64,000 nt of DNA. It comes from Ylistrum balloti (taxonomy: Eukaryota). The DNA is taken from contig NW_026781892.1 of assembly GCF_031769215.1 (NCBI RefSeq), forward strand, positions 1,054,001 through 1,118,000. Reading direction: 5' to 3'. A program made the translations under genes and the position numbers. The notes under the pieces are model-generated. The model was not told where the DNA came from. It saw nothing but the letters and a program-made list of their open reading frames with translations, and did not search any database. Positions 41,301 to 53,790 of the stretch are shown here, one piece after another (positions within the stretch are counted from its first letter, which is position 1; each line of letters starts with the position of its first letter).

Positions 41301-44300
41301 CGGGATATAAATAAGAAAAAAGAGAAATGGCTGAAGGCAGCCATATTGGATTTTGGATATTGGATAAATTTGTTAGCACAATTACTTGAGAAATACTGAA
41401 TGGATAATTCTCGTATTTCTTGTGTTTGTTCTCTATCCTACTTATTTGTGCATTGGCTGTCTTGGCTGCAGTTGATCATCACAGTGACTGTATTTTAAGA
41501 TGTTCTGGAGAGATCATATGCTTATTTGATCCTCTTGGCCCTATTTGTGCCTACACAGATTTGATCATTAGAGGTTTGGGAATAAGACGAGAAATGATCC
41601 AACTGATGAAGCACCATTGAAGTCGATAACAGTTATGCTTCCAAATTACCTGAGAGAGTTCTTGTCTTTTGATTCTGGTTGACAAGGTTACCAACTGCCA
41701 GGCTGGTATGTAGATATATAATGACAAAATGCTTGTGGTGGGGATCTATTTTGAAAGAATGGGTTTGAAGATGTAAAGATTTCTCCTTCAAATAGGCCCA
41801 AGAATAGGACCAGGTCATGTGTTAGGCGTAGATCCAAACAGTCTACGTTTAAGAAGGAGTACATTTCCCTCATCATCTGCCAATACAGCTCAAGCCGGTA
41901 GCCAAACCACGTCACAGAGTTCAAACACCTCGGGGACCCAGACCAGCACCCCTGCTTCCGGGCCATCAAACACTTCAGGCACTCAAACGTCAAATGCACC
42001 TACTAACTCATCCGGGACACAGACTGGAGTGCGTGCACCACAAGCCGCAGCTTTTGTTGTGCCGGGAATGCCAGCGATGATGCAGCGAATTCCAACTGCC
42101 GGAGCAGCCTCTGCCGACCCTTTCCTTCCCTGTGCATCTCGTCACTTCCTCCGGCACCAGGCCAGGAACGTAAGTCTCTGTAACATATGTGTAAAAAGTT
42201 TAAAGAGAGTTGAATGTGAAGACAAAATTCCATAACATTTATATGTTTGAAGACTTCAGCCTCTTGGTAGAGTTACACAAGTGCGGAAACATTGAGCTAT
42301 AAAAAAAACCTTGTGATTAATTTTTTTTTTTTTTTAGCTATAAGTAAGTGCACAATGTATTTTTGTATCTCTCGATGTCATGAGTCATGAATGATTCAAT
42401 TGGCAGTGGATTGATTATGTCACATAAATATGATGTCAGAAATTGATTCTTTAGACAAACTCTTGAGAGAGTACATTTATCACTGCAGTTTGAGTGTCTA
42501 ATATTGTGAACATTTTTGAGATATACAGGAATACACAGTGTACTTATAGTTAAATGTATAGTATAGAAACTGTAGCAAATTAAGTAGATTTTTTTTATAC
42601 ACCAACTTAGGAAAGTTAGGGGATATGGTATATAGTAGTCACTTTGTCAATGTGTCCAGGGATGAGTGTGGGAGTCAGTGACAGCCTTGTGGATAAGATA
42701 CTTCATGAACTCCTAAACATGTTTGGTTCATATTCATTTCATACACAAGGTCTACACCTGATTAGAAGTTTTGTGGTCATTGGTCAAAAATAAAGATCAA
42801 AGGTCAATCTTGGCCACTTTGAAATAAAAAAGCTTGTGTAGAAGATGTTTCATGACCCTAGAAAAATTAGTTAAAATTCACACCATAGCATTACAACGCT
42901 AAGGATTACACTTGGAAAGATTGATGGTAGTTACAGGTCAAGGCTAGAGGTCAAAGGTCACCCTTGACAACTTCAAACTGCAAATAAAAATATATGTACA
43001 TGTGATCCTCTGCTCACATTGTTAAGAAGGTGAGTGTGTCTGAAAGTGAATTATCAACCAAAGTGAAATATAGTCATGTTGATGAAATTTTCGGGTGAAA
43101 ACATGAAATTTTGGTGACTTTTAGAAACTTAAAACACACCTTGAATGAGCCATGAATATAAGCATGTAGAACAGGCTTGATAATATATAGGAAGATGTTG
43201 CAAACAGTACTCAGGTGGATGGTGGAGTGTTGTAGCGTTAATGTATTCACCTCTCACCTAAGGGGCCAGAATTTGATTTCCTGATTGGATTTGAAAAAGG
43301 AATGGGGGTCACCTGCTCAACCACATTTCCCTGGGTGCTCCATTTTCTTCCTCCTCACACATTTCAGTCAGGGCTAACAAGAGTGATTAGTATTAGCTGA
43401 TGGTTTGTTTTGCAATTGTTGTAAAAATAAATGAAAATTATGTTTATTGTTTTACACCTATAAATCATATATAAATATGTATGTAAACAAAAACCTTTTT
43501 AGAACAACAATACACCTGAGAATCAAGGGGTAAATGCTGGAGGTATAATTGGGGAGTTCCTCAGTAACCTGGCTGGAGAGGTAAACCCCCATCTTCAGGG
43601 AATGCCCCACCCAAACAGGACACCCACATCAACATCTGCTTCAGGAGCAGCCACAAGTCAGACATCTACATCTGTTTCGTCATCTTCCAACTCCTCTTCA
43701 ACATCGTCCACTTCTAGTACGACCAGTACCTCCAATATGGGGACAGGCTCCATGCCCTTCAACCCTTTTGCAGGTTTGTTTGGTGCCATAGGGGGTGCTC
43801 CCCCAACTGGGATAAATATACGAATGCCTGCGGGAATGGCTGGAATGCCACGAATGCAGGGAATACCAGGAATGCCAGGAATGCCTGGAATGCCTGGAAT
43901 GCCTCATGGTATGCCTTTTCTACCAGGCCTGGCATCAATGTTTGGACAGGCAGGCCATCGCCCAGCAGCAGGAACTAACCAAAGCAATAGTAGCTCCACT
44001 ACTACGTCCACCACCTCAACAGGGACAAGTCAGACATCTCCAACAGCAGGAGCGGAGCCTGCATTTGTACAGCAGCTCAGAAACCTTCTACAGACAGGAA
44101 TGGTGAGTTAGAATCAAATAAAGTCACAGTTAAACTCAACTCATGCTTTACATATTTCTAGTTCAATGCTTTTTGTTCAAGTTTAGTGTAATTTGAATAT
44201 TGTGTTGTATATTGAGCAACACTACAGAATTCATGGTAAATGTTGATATGGCTCTGATTCCTAATGTATTTAGCAGGCTCTACTTAGAGAAGCTTTAAAT

Positions 44301-47300
44301 ATATATATACATTTCTGCAAAACTATAAGAGGTATCAACATTAATTTCACAGGTAGATAAATCTCAACAAGGAGAAGTGCAGTGCACTAGACCCATCACC
44401 CTCTTTTGCTTAATTTGAGAGTTATTGCCCTTTGTTACTTTTCATACATAGATTTTATCTGAAGCATTACACTAAAACTATAGGAGGTATCAACATGAAA
44501 CTTCATAGGTAGATAGATTTCAACAAGGAGAAGTGCATTGTTCAAGAATCAAAACTCTATTATTGCCCCTTGTTTATTTTCATGCTTAATAAATTTGTCC
44601 CTTTCGGGAAGCGTAACCCGTCTCCAACGGCCCTTGTCATAATATCAAATAAACGTACTGACAGTGGGGTTGCCAATTAGTTTTTCATTTTATTATCATG
44701 CAAGAATAAAAGAATTTGTACGATACTTAAGCTATATGTGATTTTTAATATTGTTTTCTAAGGGTTCAATGCCCTCACCAGCTGCTGGAACACCCAACAC
44801 AGGAGCAACACCTACCCCTCCAGCTCCGGCTCCAGCTGCAACTCCAACTGCAACTCCAGCTGCAACTCCAGCTCCGACTCCAGCCCCAAGCACCCAGGGG
44901 ACGACTCAAGGAACAAGCACAGGAACAGACCCAACTAGCACCACATCACAACCAGTGATGACAGACGAGGCATTCACACAGCTAGTACAAGGCATTGGGT
45001 CTATGATCACCCAGACAGCTGTTGGACAGCCTCCTTCACAGACACTTGCTGAATTTCTTGGCTCCTTAGGGGATGGTTATAATATGGCACAAGGAGAAGG
45101 TAGGTGTACAGGGCATTGGTGGGGACAGTTAGATCAGATGATGGTCCACATGGGCAAACTATATCACTAATACTTACTATAATACATAAATCTGCAATTC
45201 ACTCCTAAAGAGGGCCGGTTTCCAAAACGGCCCCTTCTCTGATTCAAATTTCCTGTTGGTGGTGCATTGCCCATGCCGTTGTGGTCACAAATCTATAAAG
45301 TATAAAGATTTAGGTCACTTGGTTTGTTTTTTATGGCTCCTCAAAGTTGTACCTTTCAGAAGCTGTCTAAGTGTTGATAAAATGTGCACGTTATGTAAAA
45401 TATTGATGAAAATCTAATCAAATGATAGTTACCGTAAAGAATACATTCATGGCATGATTGTGACAAAAAATCATGTTTCCATCGCGCCATTTGGCTGTTT
45501 TATGGAAGAAACAATCTCAAAAATGCCATTTTCGATGATAATATTTTAGACACAAAAACTGTGTTTTTTAAAGAATACACCCTTTTATGGGCGTTGGATG
45601 CAAACCAATTTTTATCCTATTAAATAGTACGTAATATGCTATTGATGAGAGGAAAAATCATCAAAATGTAAGTGGTGGAACATTTTCAAATGTTGGGTTG
45701 AATTAGCCTATGGTTGAATTGCCGATTTTCGACTTTCTTTAGATAATTCACAAAAAAACGAGAGTATTTGCTTGGTATGTTGAGAATATGTACACAGATA
45801 TGAAAGAAAGTGAGAGAAACACTTTTTCATAAAAAAATCCAAGATGGCTACTTCGCAAGTCCCCGTGGTTGAAGACATTGGCTGACAAATAGACAGAACA
45901 ACAAACAAAAAGTGTTCCTTATGATTTTGGTTGGTTTTTGCATTTACGGGATTGTTCATAGCTACGGGCGATTGTATAATACCTATATTTATAAGTTTGG
46001 TTAGTCACATGGTAACGGGGATCTTTCATATCGAGCCCCAAACATACTTTCGACATATGCACTCTGTTGCCACATGGAAAACTATTTCAAGTTTTGTCGG
46101 AATTTCTTTACCTATGGTTGTAATGGTCAAGGGTTTTCCAGCGTCCTGTAATACCCAAGGTAGTACAAGATACTGGAGATGTGCGCACACATTTCCATCG
46201 TTCTCTCTCCAAGTAATCAAGATCGAGACGGGGAAACAGTACTTCATTTATTTATTTTTTTTTTTTTACATCATAAAACTGTCATGAAAATATCCGCTCT
46301 GATATTCAATATAAAAGTTTGTATATAATAAGCTATATAATAGGGTTTCAGACAAGGTTGTTACTCATTTCCCCTTTTCTTTCAATTTACAACCACATTC
46401 AGGCGGCGATATGAGAATGTTCCACCACATGGAATTAGCTGATTTTTGGTACACATATGAAACAAGTAAAGCTCTATCCGATTTTTGATGGAAATTTGCA
46501 TCCAAAACTATATAACGGGAGAAAATTGCAAATTTATGGCATTTTTCTTCATAATTGTGTCTCTGCAAGTGCATTTTCATCTGAGAATATTTTTTTTTTA
46601 TGTTTTATGAATAAACACGATGTTTTGGAAATATTTATCAAAAGAAATTTATACTATGTTGCGAATTACAATTTCGACATAACCTTCTTTTATTTACGAA
46701 CTTATTATGTCTTTGATGCTGAAATTGACAACTTTATAAAAATACATTTTCACTGAAATTATGAAATCTGGGTGTCGGAAAGGTGTAAAATTATTTTTCC
46801 GGAAAAGAAAAAAACAGTAGTTGAGCTAGATAAGAAATTATACGGGGGCAGGCTCCTATGGAGAATTAACATTACTGGAAACAGGCCCTTTGCTCAAGAG
46901 TTGTTAAATTTTCTTCCTGAAATGAGACAAAAAGGCTATATCCCAAATTGATAGAAAATTAAAAAAAAAAATAAGGTATTGCTTTACAAGAATCACTAAC
47001 TATTTGTATATCCAAGTTACACTGAACAGAACCTATCAACTAGGGAAATTTCAGCAAAATATGTGCTTTGAGAGGTCCAGATCATGTCAAGACCCCATGT
47101 GATTTACTGGGTTGATTTCAATAAAAAGTTCATAGCATGACCATCATGTGTAGCTGTGTGTGCATCTCTTATTTTTGCCATTGAATCTGAGGTCTCAAAG
47201 AATCAAAACGTGATTGTATATGAAATTTCTTATCTTGATGCAGAACTCAAAGGGTCACTAGGGGACAGTTGTCATGTTACACAAGAGATGAAAAGGTGAA

Positions 47301-50300
47301 GGATAACAGTGTATCACAATGGCCTTTTCATGGTTTCATCAGTAGGAAATATATTTATCACAACTGCCATATCTCTATCCTTCAATAAACACAAGGAGAA
47401 AAGGAGAAACTTAAAATAGGGGAGGTGGCTTACTACTGGTAAATTATAAAGGCACTAGAACTAGAAGATGAGAGCTTATTTACCAGGCATCAGCTTATTG
47501 CTGCAGAGATATGGTCTAATGTTTCTCCAGAAGATGATAAATTCATCAGGAAACAATATAGCAGATCAATGTTAAGCCTTTATGAATCTTTACAAGGTCA
47601 TTAGTGCATAGTTACGATCACAGTAGCTGTATGTTGCCTGTTACGAGTGAATGCTCCTGTTTACAGTGCACTTGATATGTATATTTGTATTAGAAATAGA
47701 CTTTTTTTTTTTATAGGATTATAACTTATACATCGTGTGACTGTTTCAGGATTCTTCAATGATGTCTACTCATGTCTTTCATCCCATCTCACATTTCCTG
47801 ACCTCGTGCAAGTTTTCTACGGCAATAGGGCACCTCTACAAAACGTGCGTGTACCGTTACAGGATTTCTTACGACAGCGTGTGTTGGAGGGCAGAGAACC
47901 AACAATGGAAAACATAACAGAAGCCTCCAACAGACTTGTGGAGGAGATGTCGGAGGAGATTGAAGCATGTGCAGTATGTGTAGGCTCCTAGGGAGTGGAA
48001 TATAATATCACTGTGGGGGCAGGGCAGAAAACATACATACAGGAAGAAGTGAGGATGTGAAGAGGAAGAAAACAGTACTGTGTACACAGTGTTCTGGGAT
48101 GGGGGAGAGGAGAATAGATAACAGTTTTACTGTATGTGTGAACAGTGTGCTGGGATGGGGGAGAGGAGAGATAACAGTTTTACTGTATGTGTGTACAGTG
48201 TGCTGGGATGAGGGAGAGGAGAATAGATAACAGTTTTACTGTATGTGTGTACAGTGTGCTGGGATGAGGGAGAGGAGAATAGATAACAGTTTTACTGTAT
48301 GTGTGTACAGTGTGCGGGGATGAGGGAGAGGAGAATAGGTAACAGTTTAACTGTATGTGTAACTTTGTGGCGAGGTAGGGGACAACCAGATAGACAACTG
48401 TATTATATGTCACAATATGTTAAACCTGTCTGTTGAGAGTTGGAGATTATGTCACAAGTAGTTCTGTGCGGAGCCGCAGAAGAATTTGTTGTAGTAAATG
48501 GTTATAAGATTTTAGAGTACAGTTTCATTCTATGGTTTGGGAGAAACACTAATCGTATGTAAAACTAAATGTGACCTTGTTACCATTTATGTTGATGACA
48601 ATTTTATCATTTAGAACATTTGTCATTTTCAGAATGTTGCAGAGGCTAAGCCTGACATAGATATGGTGGAGACTCTGAACAATTTTTTTAGACAACAATT
48701 TAGTGCCACAGTCCGCATGATCATGTTAGCAGATGGTTTGTATTTCTACACCTAAGTTTAATAGTTGAGAGAACTTGTGCCAGGTACAGCTACATCATGG
48801 TGCAGCTTAATAATGATGCAGGTTAAATCAGTGCAGCTGCATCATTGTACAGCTTCATTATAGCAGAGCTCTATCATGGTACAACTTATAGGTACAGCTC
48901 TTGCTTGTCCAAACCAGGAGAGAAAAAAAAGGTATTATTTCTGAAATGGACATAGGTCATCATTTAGACGAAGAGATAGATTATTTTTTAAATTTTAATT
49001 AGTTTTTAATTTAAAGTTTGGATTTGATATGCATGGAGTAAGATATGTCAAAGTGAGGCTCCATTTTCAGAATGTTGATGTTGATCAGTATATTCCTTTT
49101 TGCAGAATCTAACACAAATTTTGGTAACCAGTTTTATGAGCGAATGCGGATGAGTTTGGCAGAACTGATTGTTCTCACAAGATCCTGTTTAGTGGAAGGC
49201 CAGACAGCATTACAGAGAATAATACAGAGCCGACTTGTAAGTCATCTACTATACAGAGTCAATTAGTAAATACTGGACAACCACAGCCTTTCTCTGTGTT
49301 GAAGAATGCCATTTCTTGATGCATACAACTTAACCATTCTCTGTTTTACAGTATACCATTACCTGGGGTGTAAAACTTAACCATTCTCTGTTTTACAGTA
49401 TGTCATTACCAGGGGTGTAAAACTTAACCATTCTCTGTTTTACAGTATGTCATTACTTGGGATGTAAATCTTAACCATTCTCTGTTTTACACTATACCAT
49501 TACCTGGGGTGTAAAACTTGACCATTCTCTGTTTTACAGTATGTCATTACCTGGGGTGTAAAACTTAACCATTCTCTGTTTTACAGTATGTCATTACTTG
49601 GGATGTAAATCTTAACCATTCTCTGTTTTACACTATACCATTACCTGGGGTGTAAAACTTAACCATTCTCTGTTTTACAGTATACCATTACCTGGGGTGT
49701 AAAACTTGACCATTCTCTGTTTTACAGTATACCGTTACCTGGGGTGTAAAACTTAACCATTCTCTGTTTTACAGAATGCCATGACTCGAGGTGTGAACCC
49801 TATGATCCAGCAGTGGATGTGTAATGTCATCACTCAACAACTGAACCAGTTCCTACCTACAATCACCATTACCGATGCCAACGTTCATTCCTATGTTGTT
49901 AAAAAAGGCACTAAAAAACAGACCTCAAACACATCAAAGAAAAATGAAGCCGCAACAGCAGTTGCCATGGAAACAAGTCCACCTATGGTGTCACCAGGTG
50001 CTTCTCAAGTAGATTCTCCAGAGGTTAGTAGCTTATCCAGCACAGACACTGTATCATTCTCCCAAGGTTATCAGGTTAGCACCCATGTACCAGTCACACT
50101 AGGTGCTGTATCATTCTCCCAAGGTTATCAGGTCAGCACCCATGTACCAGTCACACCAGGTACCGTATCATTCTCCCAAGGTTATCAGGTCAGCACCCAT
50201 GTACCAGTCACACCAGGTACCGTATCATTCTCCCAAGGTTATCAGGTCAGCACCCATGTACCAATCAGCCCAGGTACTGTATCATTCTCTCAAGGTTATC

Positions 50301-52733
50301 AGGTCAGCACCCATGTACCAGTCACACTAGGTGCTGTATCATTCTCCCAAGGTTATCAGGTCAGCACCCATGTACCTGTCACACTAGGTACTGTATCATT
50401 CTCCCAAGGTTATCAGGTCATCACCCATGTACCAGTCACACTAGGTACTGTATCATTCTCCCAAGGTTATCAGGTCAGCACCCATGTACCAGTCACACTA
50501 TGTGCTGTATCATTCTCCCAAGGTTATCAGGTCAGCACCCATGTACCAGTCACACTAGGTACTGTATCATTCTCCCAAGGTTATCAGGTCAGCACCCATG
50601 TACCAGTCACACTAGGTACTGTATCATTCTCCCAAGGTTATCAGGTCAGCACCCATGTACCAGTCACACTATGTACTGTATCACTCTCCCAAGGTTATTA
50701 GGTCAGCACCCATGTACCAGTCACACTATGTACTGTATCATTCTCCCAAGGTTATCAGGTCAGCACCCATGTACCAGTCACACTAGGTACTGTATCATTC
50801 TTTCAGTGTTCGTAGGTCACAATGCCTGTACTTTACTTATTCTAGGTTCTTCATACCCTACCATTGATAGACCATTGATTAAAAGTGGAACAATTCAGAA
50901 TTTGTGAATTCATATAAATAATCGACCTTGGCCAACCTGTTCATCTGTGGAATTTACACAGTCATACATTTCTTGTTGAAAATGATAAAAAAATCATTGC
51001 ACAGTTTCTATCTGTACACAGTATAAAATCAATTAATTGTTGAAATCTCGATAAGTCTTCCTAAATGAAAATATTTCATATTTCATAATAATACAGTATT
51101 TAATTATAACGGCATGTTAGATGTTTGTTACTTAGTTGAAAATGTAGGGTTTTGTGAAGATACCTGTTTGTGTGGATATACTTGTCGGGGAGGGGAGTTA
51201 TATGTTGATATGTAGAGTTTACTGTGGGTGGGTGAAGTCACCTGTTTGCTTGTGGATTTACCTGTGGGTGGGTGAAGTCACCTGTTTGCTTGTGGGATTA
51301 CCTGTTGGTCTGTGAAGTCACCTGTTTACTTGTAGATTTAACCGTGGGTGGGTGAAGTCATCTGTTTACTTTATGATTTACCTGTGGGTGGGTGAAGTCA
51401 CCTGTTTGCTTGTGGGTTTACCTGTTGGTGGTTGGAGTTATATGTAGAATAGTTTAAACTGGATGTTATTTGTTTTGCTGGTTTGTAGCCAATGGAGACC
51501 CAAAACATCAACACTGGAGCATCAGTTGCACAGCCGCCACGTCCACAACCTGCTACAGCAGCAGCCACCAAAATTCCTGCTGCAAAGGTGAAAAAAGAGG
51601 AGCCCAAGGCAGACTCTCCAGGTGCAGCAGCAAGTGGCGAGTCCTGGGAGGTGGAGGTCAACCCTGTAAGTATATCAATTAATGTTTGATGAGGTAATTA
51701 TGTTTATCTATCACTCTAAAATACACCAGGAATTCTCCATCAGGCTCTATATAGGGATATTGAAGTGGGGCTTGTCAGTCTATACACTTTTCAAGAGGCA
51801 ACCATTAAAATTCACATCAAACATTTGTCAGACTGGCTGTGCCTTTTACTGTTGGTAGTATTGCTAATTGTTTGATGTCATGTTTGTTATGCATAGGAAT
51901 GGGTACCAATCATAAACAGTGACATAGAGAAACAGAAACACCAGCGTCCTCAGCCAGCCTACAGTGATACTTACCTACAGGGCATGCCAGCCAAACGCAG
52001 GAAGGTCAGTCTATGTGTGGTCTTATCAATTATTAATTTAATAGATAATCTTTACTTTTCACAAGCCAATGGGTGAGTGACGTATCAAATTATTTAACAA
52101 GCTTAATTACTGCCATTTTACATAGACATTAGTGCAAAATTATATTTATCACATATTTTGGAAAAATAAGCAAAAAATCTTAAATAAATTTCTGATAGAA
52201 GATTGGTAAAATTTTGACTATGTAGTAACTATAATGTGACACCATGGAGACAAGACTGACTGATGTTCTCACACAAATTCACATGTGTTCAACGATATTG
52301 ATGAAAGGGACATAAGACACAACAGGCCTGTTATGTGATAAAACTTTACAGTATGGCAGTACTGCACTTTCATTTTACTATCCCTCTTACATATGATCAA
52401 AATATTCACATTAAATGATCTGATTCTGCCTTGTTAACCTGGTGATGAAATGGTTATTTTTAGATAATGGGACATGAAAGTCAAGTGAATTTCTCAAATC
52501 CAGAAGAGTCGGTCCCTCTGTCTTTACGACGAGCAGTAGCAGCAGCAGGGGTTGAACCAATCAGCAGTCTTGAAAATATGACAAGTGAGGCATCGGACAA
52601 TAATGAACTACAGCATGCTTTTGATGAGCAAGTGTTGAGCAGTATAAGAGATCGTTTGGACAGTGATAGTGATTATAGGCCTGAACAGTTCCCCAACACT
52701 GATCGCTACTATCATAAAAATAACAAAAAGTGA
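26385..52733 (+). CDS. BAG6: Large proline-rich protein BAG6 (BAT3/Scythe), about 1401 aa, 22 coding exons
   Basis: Exons 26385-26447, 27014-27055, 27740-27815, 28040-28230, 29165-29236, 29625-29759, 30363-30673, 30983-31106, 32081-32266, 33847-33966, 35823-36033, 39654-39755, 41796-42169, 43503-44102, 44763-45099, 47750-47973, 48633-48735, 49106-49236, 49775-50023, 51489-51665, 51897-52004, 52464-52733; all phases compatible. N-terminal UBL ([23 protein letters not shown]), [36 protein letters not shown] and C-terminal [12 protein letters not shown]. Confidence 0.93.
28262..28945. repeat. About 22-bp minisatellite in a BAG6 intron
   Basis: Unit atcacc(t/tg)gtcatgtgttaaat, about 30 copies, starting about 30 nt after the donor at 28230. 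Confidence 0.95.
31215..31975. repeat. 60-bp minisatellite in a BAG6 intron
   Basis: Unit atattgtggaggggatgtcagtatgtggatttgtatgtaggggatctatacatctctata, about 12 copies. Confidence 0.95.
32238..33490 (+). repeat. 34-38-bp minisatellite whose unit is BAG6 exon end plus 5' splice site
   Basis: Unit ctgtcatacaacagaccatacctatacat|gtaagtaac; the first copy is the coding end of exon 32081-32266; about 33 copies. Confidence 0.97.
36008..39060 (+). repeat. Compound minisatellite (48-, 25- and 47-bp units), all carrying the ACAG|GTAAAT donor of BAG6 exon 35823-36033
   Basis: 48-bp unit ccccaacacctcaggaccaagcacag|gtaaatatagacagtgtcaagt (36008-about 37795); 25-bp unit tcggtacag|gtaaatacagtcagta (about 37800-38465); 47-bp unit caagtccccaatacccctgggtcaatacag|gtaaatacagactgtat (about 38560-39050). 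Confidence 0.97.
39729..40520 (+). repeat. About 55-bp minisatellite derived from BAG6 exon 39654-39755 end plus donor
   Basis: Exon end agctcagttatgcacgcccataccg|gtaggt versus unit agctcagtcatgtacgtccatactg|gtcagt. Confidence 0.93.
43213..43400 (+). mobile_element. Decayed SINE with V/Meta-type conserved core
   Basis: tRNA-like head (ggtggagtgttgtagcg...gaatttgatttcctg) followed by tttccctgggtgctccattttcttcctcc, resembling the GGTTTTCTCCGGGTGCTCCGGTTTCCTCCC core of these SINE superfamilies. Confidence 0.5.
44270..44640. mobile_element. Non-autonomous element with about 155-bp internal duplication (HINE/Helentron-like architecture)
   Basis: aaaactata.gaggtatcaacat...gtagata...caacaaggagaagtgca...ttattgccc occurs at about 44319 and 44474; similar duplicated-subunit elements at about 34720-35000, 35170-35760 and 57110-57650. 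Confidence 0.5.
48060..48360. repeat. 57-bp minisatellite after BAG6 donor 47973
   Basis: Unit tactgtatgtgtgtacagtgtgctgggatgagggagaggagaatagataacagtttt, about 5 copies. Confidence 0.9.
49327..49797 (+). repeat. 47-bp minisatellite whose unit is branchpoint + pyrimidine tract + AG + exon start of BAG6 exon 49775-50023
   Basis: Ten copies of aacttaaccattctctgttttacag| at 47-bp spacing from 49327; the tenth (ending 49774) is the functional acceptor. Confidence 0.97.
50040..50800 (+). repeat. 57-bp in-frame minisatellite after BAG6 donor 50023
   Basis: Unit gcacccatgtaccagtcacaccaggtactgtatcattctcccaaggttatcaggtca, about 13 copies; BAG6 frame open to 50701. Confidence 0.96.
51220..51430. repeat. 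40-bp minisatellite upstream of BAG6 acceptor 51489
   Basis: Unit gtgggtgggtgaagtcacctgtttgcttgtggatttacct, about 5 copies. Confidence 0.9.
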
Positions 52734-52939
52734 GTTTATATGGCCTACGTCGGTGGATTGTAAATACACGGCTTTATTATCAGTAAGGGTAAGCTTGACC
52801 TTGCCATTGGTGAATTTGTATGATTACTGTTCCAATGTGACCTTAATACCACAGAGAATGTGTCTCTGATAGATAACTTATAATACTGTGATATCGCAGA
52901 GAATGTTAGGTCAGGTCGGGTCAATGTCATAACCCATCA

Positions 52940-53390
52940 GTCTAAACACATCCAGTTGGGTCAGTGTTGTCACTTGTCTGTCTAAACACTCTCAGTTGAG
53001 TCACAGTCATCACCTATCAATCTAAACACTTTCTGTTGAGTTATAGTCATTACCTGTCAGTCTAAACACTTTCAGCTAGGTCAGTGTTGTAACCTGTCAG
53101 TCTAAACACTTTCAGCTGGGTCAGTGATGTAACCTGTCAGTCTAAACACTTTCAGCTGGGTCAGTGATGTAACCTGTCAGTCTAAACACTTTCAGCTGGG
53201 TCTGTGATGTAACCTGTCAGTCTAAACACTTTCAGCTGGGTCATTGGTGTAACCTGTCAGTCTAAACACTTTCAGCTGGATCAGTAATGTCACTTATTAT
53301 TCTGAACACGTCATGTTTGGTCAGTGTTGTCGCCTGTGAGTCTTAACCCCTCAATCTGGTCAGTGTTCTAACCTGTCAGTCTTTACAAAG
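52940..53390. repeat. 40-bp minisatellite downstream of BAG6 stop
   Basis: Unit cagtctaaacactttcagctgggtcagtgatgtaacctgt; homogeneous centre, decayed edges. Confidence 0.92.
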
Positions 53391-53554
53391 TCTTGCTTTG
53401 ACCGTTAATCAAGGATGTTGCTGATCAACCTGAACAGTCATTAAGCCTTAATTAATTAAATGAGTGTTTTTTTATTAAAGTTTTGGGCTGTTATTCATAT
53501 ACTGCCCTGGCTGGCGCACTTAATCACAGACAATTATACCACATATAATTAAAG

Positions 53555-53790
53555 GACAGAACGATGGTCACATGATATTGGTTTTCAGAAGGATGGTCAC
53601 ATGATATTGGTTGACAGAACGATGGTCACATGATATTGGTTGACAGAACGATGGTCACATGATAATGGTTGACAGAACGATGGTCACATGATAATGGTTG
53701 ACAGAACGATGGTCACATGATATTGGTTGACAAAACGATGGTCACACGATATTGGTTGACAGAACGATGGTCACACGATATTGGTTGTCA
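53555..53790. repeat. 29-bp minisatellite
   Basis: Unit gacagaacgatggtcacatgatattggtt, about 8 copies. Confidence 0.95.

Noticed and set aside
45931-46287. Intronic ORFs as a transposase fragment
   Set aside because: No DDE or other recognisable motif in any frame I translated.
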